Positions 1 through 4,663 of a DNA stretch of 5,573 nt are shown here, one piece after another. The translations under genes were made by a program, and so were the position numbers. Below the pieces are notes generated by a model. The model worked only from the letters and a program-made list of their open reading frames with translations. It was not told the DNA's origin and ran no database searches. This DNA comes from a virus (Duplodnaviria > Heunggongvirae > Uroviricota > Caudoviricetes): IMG/VR virus record IMGVR_UViG_2531839128_000025; one strand, written 5' to 3'. Numbering within the stretch: the first letter of the stretch is position 1; every line of letters starts with the position of its first letter.

Positions 1-35
1 TCAGACGTATTAACGTTTGGTAATAACGTTTCCAT
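1..35 (-). CDS. 5' end of a leftward gene of unknown function (partial; body lies beyond window start); N-terminus METLLPNVNTS
   Basis: Minus-strand ATG at 35..33 preceded by a GAGGA Shine-Dalgarno (minus-strand 5'-GTTGAGGACGCGATA-ATG, 7-nt spacer). No in-frame stop between the ATG and position 1, so the ORF runs off the window. Only 11 codons are visible, so coding status cannot be judged from composition. Confidence 0.3.
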   Translation of the reverse strand, partial: METLLPNVNTS

Positions 36-617
36 TATCGCGTCCTCAACAATGAATTTTGTGATGCGGTGCCTGGTGCCTCCAGGTGACGTTAACCAGT
101 TAACAATTAACGCCGGATACAGAGAACCCACCCATAAGAACCAATACGGAGGTCAACTAGCCTTTTTAACTGTTCCGCGTGCGCTTAGCCGCATTCACCG
201 CATCACAAAATTCACTTTAAAAAGGGCGGCAGAGCAGTCACGGAGTAAAACTGATACCGCCAAACGTCACCAGAAAATTGATAACAGAGGGCGTTGCAGC
301 GGAGTTGTCACTTAAGTGTATGGTCAACCTGACAACCCGGTGCTTCATCGGGAAGACATGAACTCCCCGCCATACTTACCGCCGCGCCATTTCGCGGAGT
401 GCCACAACCGGAAGCGCACGGTCGACGAAAATTTAACGACAGGCTATCTATGAACCAGCTACCTCGCCGTGCGCTTTCGCGTTATGGTCTGACTTTTCAG
501 GGAAATATCCTTTCAGTAAACTGTCAGTTCCGGATGCTCACCCGTGTCCGGCGCACGCACTCCACCTCACCCGTGGAGAACTCCTTAATTACCAACCTTA
601 GCTTCGTTGGTTAGCTA

Positions 618-836
618 TTAACGCGGGTATGTAATCATTCTGGCAATGCTTAATGCCGCTGCTTTTTCCAGCCTGGTGATATCCTGCTCCAGAGCGGACA
701 GATTTTCAGCCTGCTTAGCCCTGGCTTCATTGGCCCATTTCAGATCCTGCGCTGCATTAATTTTCTGGCGCATCCACTCATAAAGTTCATCATCGGTATA
801 GTCTGGCGCGATGATGACGGGTTCTCGTTTCTGCAT
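618..836 (-). CDS. small early-left-operon phage protein, 72 aa, unknown function (MQKREPVIIAPDYTDDELYEWMRQKINAAQDLKWANEARAKQAENLSALEQDITRLEKAAALSIARMITYPR)
   Basis: Minus-strand ATG at 836 preceded by a near-consensus RBS (minus 5'-CACAAGGAGTCGAC-ATG; AAGGAG with 5-nt spacer). Protein is helix-like and charged, not antisense-looking. It is the C-terminal part of the 271-codon frame 618..1433. Its position left of the repressor matches where small kil-type genes sit in Rac-like prophages (recalled, not verified). Confidence 0.5.
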   Translation of the reverse strand: MQKREPVIIAPDYTDDELYEWMRQKINAAQDLKWANEARAKQAENLSALEQDITRLEKAAALSIARMITYPR

Positions 837-1433
837 GTCGACTCCTTGTGGTTCGTGTTGCCTGCTTTTAACCACATCAGGCGAGGTGGTATCCTGAAAG
901 CCGACCAAAGCTTTACGGATAAATAAGTTATGTTGCAACCACCAATAAATCCGCTTAAAAATATGAAAATTGATTACTGGTATAAAGCACTTACAGTTGT
1001 TGGTGCTGCGTTGTTTGTCTTTAATGGAACATCTTTTTTTGACAGATACCCCGTTGTTCCACTGGCTTTTTTGTCCTCCGGTATTTTCTTCACTGGCCTT
1101 GGAGAGTGGATCAATCACCCTCTCAGAGTGAGATTTATTGGTCCCGGAGCCGTTGCCCGGGGGCATAACCGTTCTCCGTGCACACTCGGCATTATCTTCG
1201 ATATATTGGGTGTCTGCCTGATTGTTACAGGAGTCGTCAAATTCTTCTGAAGAGAATCCACACACAGGGCATACAACCGGAATACGGCAAATGATTTCAC
1301 CCGGCTCGATGTGTGGGTACTCGCCATCAATTTTTTGTTGCTCCCGTATGCCCATGTTGACCTCATTTCCCCTTAACGCCGGGGTAGCGGAACAAAAACC
1401 TGCTGCATAGTTAAAGTTGAACCCTGCCGTCAT
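618..1433 (-). CDS. alternative long gene model: 271-codon open frame (the 72-aa gene would be its C-terminus); possibly two genes or a decayed gene
   Basis: Uninterrupted minus-strand frame from the ATG at 1433 (GAGG 9 nt upstream); a second in-frame ATG at 1355 has a GAGG RBS with 5-nt spacer. The N-terminal 90 aa contain a Cys cluster (CRIPVVCPVCG...DSC...ECARR). The central ~110 aa (about 836-1180) are K/N/S/I-rich and read like the antisense of the T-rich plus-strand membrane ORF. The full-length model is therefore doubtful. Confidence 0.2.
   Translation of the reverse strand: MTAGFNFNYAAGFCSATPALRGNEVNMGIREQQKIDGEYPHIEPGEIICRIPVVCPVCGFSSEEFDDSCNNQADTQYIEDNAECARRTVMPPGNGSGTNKSHSERVIDPLSKASEENTGGQKSQWNNGVSVKKRCSIKDKQRSTNNCKCFIPVINFHIFKRIYWWLQHNLFIRKALVGFQDTTSPDVVKSRQHEPQGVDMQKREPVIIAPDYTDDELYEWMRQKINAAQDLKWANEARAKQAENLSALEQDITRLEKAAALSIARMITYPR
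963..1250 (+). CDS. small hydrophobic (membrane) protein, ~95 aa, 2-3 predicted TM segments; possible superinfection-exclusion-type accessory gene
   Basis: ORF 930..1250 in the supplied track; the ATG at 963 gives MKIDYWYKALTVVGAALFVFNG...VVPLAFLSSGIFFTGLG...LGIIFDILGVCLIVTGVVKFF with clear hydrophobic segments and T-rich third codon positions. No good Shine-Dalgarno before 930 or 963. Opposite orientation to its neighbours, as for sieB in Rac and lambda (recalled, positional only). Overlaps the long minus-strand frame. Confidence 0.35.
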   Translation: MKIDYWYKALTVVGAALFVFNGTSFFDRYPVVPLAFLSSGIFFTGLGEWINHPLRVRFIGPGAVARGHNRSPCTLGIIFDILGVCLIVTGVVKFF

Positions 1434-1537
1434 GTTCTTACGCCTCGGGCTGGCTACTTAACCCCTGACCACTGCCTGGTAACTCGAAGTATTGCCCTGC
1501 ATTCTGTGGAGCGGGGTGAGTTGGTATGAAAAGAAGG

Positions 1538-1576
1538 ATACCCATAGGTATTTAAAAAGTAAATACCCATGGGTAA
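1538..1576. promoter_or_regulatory. left operator-like site pair (OL-like): two palindromes, ATACCCATAGGTAT and ATACCCATGGGTAA, 25 bp apart
   Basis: TACCCATGGGTA at 1564-1575 is a perfect 12-bp palindrome; 1539-1550 TACCCATAGGTA has one mismatch. Lies in the 184-bp gap between the repressor stop (1618) and the leftward ORF start (1433). Same core motif (ACCYRTRGGTA) recurs twice in the repressor/cro intergenic region. Confidence 0.45.
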
Positions 1577-1617
1577 ATTTTTGCGGTGTCTTAACTGGTG
1601 ACTAGTTGTTTGGTGAG

Positions 1618-2037
1618 CTATGATGCGTTTTGTGCTTTCTTTTTACGGATTTCTTCGTAGATCATATTGTAATACTGTTTTTTCTCTTCAAGAGTTTTTA
1701 ATAAGTTATCCGCTTCACTTTCTGGCAGTTCGTCTAAGAGATCTAAAAAAATACGTTGTCGTGGCGTTAGAACCCTTGTTTCATAACTGGAGGCTGTGTT
1801 CGTTGATGATGAAACGATACCATCCATCCATCCCCGGGGTAACCCAAAGGACTCTTCGATAATCTCCACCATATCATCAGCGATCCGTTTTTTTCCCTTT
1901 TTCCCCTCTGGGTACAACATTCTTGATACATAAGAAGGCTCGCGCCCGATCTTTCTGGCCACGTTAACCGCTTTACCATCGCATTTCTCATCACGAATTT
2001 TGATGAGTTGCTGTCGTCTAAATTCATATTTGTCCAT
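1618..2037 (-). CDS. CI-type phage repressor, N-terminal helix-turn-helix, no S24 peptidase domain (RacR-like immunity repressor)
   Basis: 139-aa ORF; HTH-like segment GKAVNVARKIGREPSYVSRML followed by ...RIADDMVEIIEESFGLPRGWMD, consistent with the phage CI repressor HTH family as I recall it. Divergent from a cro-like gene with operator repeats between them. Too short and lacks an obvious Ser/Lys autocleavage region. No Shine-Dalgarno upstream of the ATG at 2037; a TATTAT -10 (minus strand, plus coordinates 2049..2044) sits 6 nt upstream of the ATG, suggesting a leaderless transcript. Confidence 0.85.
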   Translation of the reverse strand: MDKYEFRRQQLIKIRDEKCDGKAVNVARKIGREPSYVSRMLYPEGKKGKKRIADDMVEIIEESFGLPRGWMDGIVSSSTNTASSYETRVLTPRQRIFLDLLDELPESEADNLLKTLEEKKQYYNMIYEEIRKKKAQNAS

Positions 2038-2137
2038 AGGTAAATAATAGATGCGATTACTGCAAGGTAAACAACCTGTGGGTATTGACTTTTGTTTACC
2101 TGTAGGTATTCTTTGCTGTGTTTACTAAGGAGTAGCT
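2038..2137. promoter_or_regulatory. divergent promoter/operator region (OR-like) between repressor and cro-like gene
   Basis: Direct repeats AACCTGTGGGTATT (2073-2086) and TACCTGTAGGTATT (2097-2110), 24 bp apart. Inverted repeat GGTAAACAA (2066-2074) / TTGTTTACC (2092-2100). Rightward promoter candidate: -35 TTGACT (2085-2090), 16-bp spacer, -10 TATTCT (2107-2112), then RBS AAGGAG (2128-2133) and ATG at 2138. Leftward promoter candidate: -10 TATTAT with -35 TTTACC on the minus strand. Operator repeats overlap both promoters. Confidence 0.5.
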
Positions 2138-2419
2138 ATGGAAGAATTAAGAATATTTCTCAATTCTCTTTCGTCAGATGAACAGCGTATGTTTGCATGC
2201 GAGTGTGGTACCAGCATCGGTTATCTAAGAAAGGCATTGAGTAAAGGTCAAGTGTTAGGGGCATCGTTATGTGTCCTTATTGAGCGAGCCAGTAATGGTG
2301 AAGTTACACGTCAGCAACTAAGGCCTTTTGATTGGATGAATATTTGGCCCGAGCTGGAAGATACCAAAACGTTAACACAACCACTTTCTAGGAGCTTGAT
2401 TCATGAAAATCAAGCATGA
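2138..2419 (+). CDS. Cro-like HTH transcriptional regulator, YdaS family (Cro/CI-type; putative antitoxin-like partner of YdaT)
   Basis: 93-aa ORF with strong RBS (AAGGAG, 5-nt spacer). HTH-like TSIGYLRKALSKGQ and the C..IERA.NGEV....LRP.DW pattern I associate with YdaS-type Cro proteins. First gene of the rightward operon opposite the repressor. Confidence 0.8.
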   Translation: MEELRIFLNSLSSDEQRMFACECGTSIGYLRKALSKGQVLGASLCVLIERASNGEVTRQQLRPFDWMNIWPELEDTKTLTQPLSRSLIHENQA

Positions 2420-2828
2420 ACACATCCGCATGGCGATGAATGCCTGGGCGCATCCGGACGGTGAAAAAGTTCCGGCAGCTGAAATAACCAGGGCTTATTT
2501 TGAACTGGGTATGACGTTCCCAGAACTGTATGACGACAGCCATCCGGAAGCCCTGGCTCGCAATACCCAGAAAATTTACCGCTGGGTAGAGAAAGACACC
2601 CCTGATGCAGTTGAAAAAATTCAGGCGTTGTTACCAGCGATCGAAAAGGCAATGCCACCTTTGCTGGTGGCCAGAATGCGCAGCCACAGTTCAGCTTATT
2701 TTCGGGAGCTGGTGGAGACGCGGGAGCGACTGGTGAGAGACGCTGATGATTTTGTCGCAGTGGCAATCGCCGGTTTCAATCAGATGAACCGTGGTGGCCC
2801 GGCAGGAAATGCTGTGGCAGTACATTGA
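2403..2828 (+). CDS. YdaT-family protein (putative toxic/regulatory protein of the RacR-YdaS-YdaT-type module)
   Basis: 141-aa ORF; N-terminus MKIKHEHI... and C-terminus ...VAVH resemble what I recall for E. coli YdaT (unverified). RBS TAGGAG (2389-2394) 8 nt upstream of ATG. Start overlaps the end of the cro-like gene by 17 nt. Gene order repressor / cro-like / this gene / replication gene matches Rac racR-ydaS-ydaT-ydaU. Confidence 0.75.
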   Translation: MKIKHEHIRMAMNAWAHPDGEKVPAAEITRAYFELGMTFPELYDDSHPEALARNTQKIYRWVEKDTPDAVEKIQALLPAIEKAMPPLLVARMRSHSSAYFRELVETRERLVRDADDFVAVAIAGFNQMNRGGPAGNAVAVH

Positions 2829-2899
2829 CTGACAATAGCCATATCGAATCGCTTCCGGCAACTCGTGAGTAAAAAGATTCGGTATCAGAAGAGGTGAGT

Positions 2900-3970
2900 A
2901 TGGCTAACGCTTGGCTCAGATTATGGCATGACATGCCAAATGACCCTAAGTGGCGAACAATTGCCAGGGTGTCAGGGCAGCCAATTGCAACAGTGATGGC
3001 AGTGTATATCCACCTCCTGGTGAGCGCGTCACGAAATGTCACGCGAGGTCACATTGATGTCACGACAGAAGATTTAGCAAGTGCGCTCGACGTGACAGAA
3101 GAGGTAATTGATTCAATTTTGCAGACGATGCAGGGGCGGGTACTTGATGGTGATTTAATCACTGGATGGGAAAAACGCCAGGTGCTTAAAGAGGACAACG
3201 GCAATATTTCGCAAACCGCAAAATCTCCGGCAGAGCGCAAGAGGGCGCAGCGAGAGAGGGAAAGAAAGCGGGAACAAAATGGCGATTGTCACGGCGCGTC
3301 ACGAAATGTCACGCACATGTCACGACGAGTCACGACAGATAAAGATACAGATAAAGATACAGATCAAGAAGATCAAAACACTATGGTCCATGGCGTAAAA
3401 AACGCCACGAACCAGGCAGGGGATGTTCAGACCGTCAATCCTGGTCAGCCAGCAGGCACGACACCGGAAGCCGATTCAGCGTATGCGCTGAAAGCCGATT
3501 CGGGCGCTGTGCAGCAGGTGATGACCCCAAGGCCGGAGCAATCACACCAACTGCAGCAGCCTGAAGCCGATTCCGCCATTCAGCGGGAAGCCGATCGGGT
3601 AGTCCCGGAAAACACCGGGCTGTCTGTGGGACGAGTGGATTATCCGGATGTATTCGAACAGGTCTGGCGGGAGTACCCGTTGCGTGCCGGAGCAAACCCG
3701 AAGAAATCCGCTTTCAGTGCCTGGAAGGCCAGATTACGCGAGGGGGTGCCACCAGAGGCCATGCTGGATGGCGTGAGGCGTTACGCAAGATACTTGGCGG
3801 CTACCGGGAAAACGGGAACGGAATTTGTTCAGCGAGCGACGACGTTTTTTGGACCGGACCGGAATTTTGAGAACCCCTGGTTGCTCCCGGTAAGCGGCAC
3901 GAACAACCAGCGTTGTGTGAATCATATTTCTGAACCGGATAACGAAATTCCGCCGGGCTTCAGGGGGTAA
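2900..3970 (+). CDS. phage replication initiation protein (replisome-organizer / lambda O-like initiator) carrying its own origin iterons
   Basis: ORF 2894..3970 in the track; the likely start is ATG at 2900 (GAGG at 2891-2894, 5-nt spacer), with GTG at 2894 as alternative. N-terminus ANAWLRLWHDMPNDPKWRTIARVSGQPIATVMAVYIHLL resembles phage replisome-organizer N-domains. C-terminus FEQVWREYPLRAGANPKKSAFSAWKARLREGVPPEAMLDGVRRYARYLAATGKTGTEFVQRATTFFGPDRNFENPW resembles the conserved C-terminal motif of phage DnaD/O-like initiators (recalled). Internal phased repeats plus an acidic DKDTDKDTDQEDQ linker mirror lambda ori-within-O architecture. Confidence 0.85.
   Translation: MANAWLRLWHDMPNDPKWRTIARVSGQPIATVMAVYIHLLVSASRNVTRGHIDVTTEDLASALDVTEEVIDSILQTMQGRVLDGDLITGWEKRQVLKEDNGNISQTAKSPAERKRAQRERERKREQNGDCHGASRNVTHMSRRVTTDKDTDKDTDQEDQNTMVHGVKNATNQAGDVQTVNPGQPAGTTPEADSAYALKADSGAVQQVMTPRPEQSHQLQQPEADSAIQREADRVVPENTGLSVGRVDYPDVFEQVWREYPLRAGANPKKSAFSAWKARLREGVPPEAMLDGVRRYARYLAATGKTGTEFVQRATTFFGPDRNFENPWLLPVSGTNNQRCVNHISEPDNEIPPGFRG
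3024..3064 (+). repeat. iteron-like cluster A: four GTCAC(G/A) hexamers phased at 10-11 bp inside the replication gene N-domain coding region
   Basis: GTCACG at 3028, 3038, 3059 and GTCACA at 3048; inverted copy CGTGAC at 3091-3096. The 21-mer GCGCGTCACGAAATGTCACGC (3024-3044) is repeated exactly at 3294-3314. Confidence 0.5.
3284..3380 (+). repeat. iteron cluster B plus AT-rich tandem repeat: putative replication origin within the initiator gene
   Basis: Five GTCACG hexamers at 3288, 3298, 3308, 3319, 3329 (helical-turn phasing), immediately followed by tandem 12-mers AGATAAAGATAC x2 (3337-3360) and a degenerate AGATCAAGAAGATCAAAAC. The iterons-then-AT-rich layout in the linker between N- and C-domains parallels lambda ori in gene O. 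Confidence 0.55.
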
Positions 3971-4010
3971 GTGTTAATTTCTGGTCATGAGGTAATTTTC
4001 AGGAGGACTT

Positions 4011-4436
4011 GTGGCAAAAGTTTTTACACAAGAAGAGCGGGAAAAAATTAAAGGGCAGGTTGTTGAACTCGTACGCCAGAGTGGGCGCGAGACGTTACGA
4101 CAACTGGAAACTAAAACTGGGGCAACAAGATATCTGATGAGTGTTCTGGCCAGAGAGCTGGTTGCCAGTGGCGATGTATACAACTCTGGTTACGGGTTAT
4201 TCCCGTCTGAACAGGCGCGTAAGGACTGGCAAAATGCCCGTATAAAGCTCTCAAGGGCAAAGCTGAAGAAACCATCTGCGGTTGATCCGGACCTTATCTG
4301 GTCATTACCTGACGGAGAAATACGTCGCTACGATAGTTGTCTAAACATAATCTGTCGCGAGTGCCGGAAGAGCGAAGTTATGCAGCGCATTCTGGCATTT
4401 TATCAGGGAAATGTTAGGTATTTTAGACGTTACTAG
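4011..4436 (+). CDS. hypothetical phage protein, 141 aa, N-terminal winged-helix-like segment; GTG start
   Basis: Strong RBS AGGAGG (4001-4006) 4 nt upstream of GTG at 4011. N-terminal VVELVRQSGRETLRQLETKTGATRYLMSVLARELVASGDVY looks like a wHTH. C-terminal half has a small Cys cluster (CLNIICRECRK). Family not identified; sits where a helicase loader would be in Rac. Confidence 0.7.
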   Translation: MAKVFTQEEREKIKGQVVELVRQSGRETLRQLETKTGATRYLMSVLARELVASGDVYNSGYGLFPSEQARKDWQNARIKLSRAKLKKPSAVDPDLIWSLPDGEIRRYDSCLNIICRECRKSEVMQRILAFYQGNVRYFRRY

Positions 4437-4463
4437 ATTAAAGGGCATTAGTTCAGATATGCA

Positions 4464-4576
4464 TTGACATTTTCATGGCACAAGGTAGAGCTAGCGTGGT
4501 TGTTCGCTTTGTGCCAAGAGTGGTCATTGATAATATTTTGGTGGGTTACATCTGTCAATGTTTCAGGTGATATGAT
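4464..4576 (+). promoter_or_regulatory. candidate promoter/operator region upstream of the AT-rich cargo ORF
   Basis: TTGACA at 4464-4469 with no good -10 at proper spacing. Extended -10 TGaTATGAT at 4568-4576 with no clear -35. 8-bp inverted repeat CATTGACA (4462-4469) / TGTCAATG (4553-4560), and a third CATTGA at 4525. Weak hairpin GGCACAA (4477-4483) / TTGTGCC (4509-4515). All read by eye; none conclusive. Confidence 0.25.
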
Positions 4577-4663
4577 ATACAAATAGCCAGACTTAGACTG
4601 GCATGCTGTTTATTTTTATATTATGGGTGTGCCACATGGATTTAAAACTTATTGAGATATGAC

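Noticed and set aside
52-315. Plus-strand ORF, 87 aa (MNFVMRCLVPPGDVNQ...)
   Set aside because: No Shine-Dalgarno before the ATG (or before the in-frame GTG/ATG at 61/64). Composition looks like translated non-coding DNA and no motif was recognised. Cannot be fully excluded without homology search.
399-614. Plus-strand ORF, 71 aa (MPQPEAHGRRKFNDRL...)
   Set aside because: Arg/Ser-rich, low-complexity translation with no RBS; it would converge head-on into the 3' end of the 618-836 gene. Likely spurious.
585-617. Hairpin ACCAAC-N9-GTTGGT downstream of the 72-aa gene as a rho-independent terminator
   Set aside because: 6-bp stem with moderate GC and no following U-tract on the transcribed (minus) strand; at best a weak structure, so not called as a terminator feature.
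1115-1366. Minus-strand ORF, 83 aa (MRSTWAYGSNKK...)
   Set aside because: Alternative frame inside the overlapping-ORF region; its only RBS-like sequence is 2 nt from the ATG, and the product looks non-protein-like.
1222-1410. Plus-strand ORF, 62 aa (MLQESSNSSEENPH...)
   Set aside because: Overlaps both the membrane ORF end and the minus-strand frame; no RBS, Ser/Pro-rich junk-like sequence.
1620-2027. ORFs 1620..1862 (+) and 1767..2027 (-) inside the repressor gene
   Set aside because: Alternate-frame or antisense ORFs fully contained within the well-supported repressor CDS. The repressor frame has the HTH and the divergent promoter context.
2410-2766. Minus-strand ORF, 118 aa, antisense to the YdaT-like gene
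   Set aside because: Pro/Cys/Leu-rich antisense translation with no RBS; the sense frame has the RBS, operon context and a family-like sequence.
3024-3380. Possibility that the phased GTCACG repeats are a CRISPR array or a minisatellite
   Set aside because: Repeat unit is only 6 bp at 10-11 bp period with no 25-40 bp spacers, and it lies inside an intact reading frame. The pattern fits initiator-binding iterons, not CRISPR.
2776-3925. Minus-strand ORFs 2776..3042, 3049..3240, 3435..3695, 3734..3925
   Set aside because: All are antisense to the replication initiator gene and read as low-complexity antisense products (Ser/Thr/Pro/Arg-rich); none has a convincing start context.
3974-4183. Minus-strand ORF, 69 aa, overlapping the start of the 141-aa gene
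   Set aside because: Antisense to a gene that has a perfect AGGAGG RBS; Ser/Thr/Leu-rich translation.
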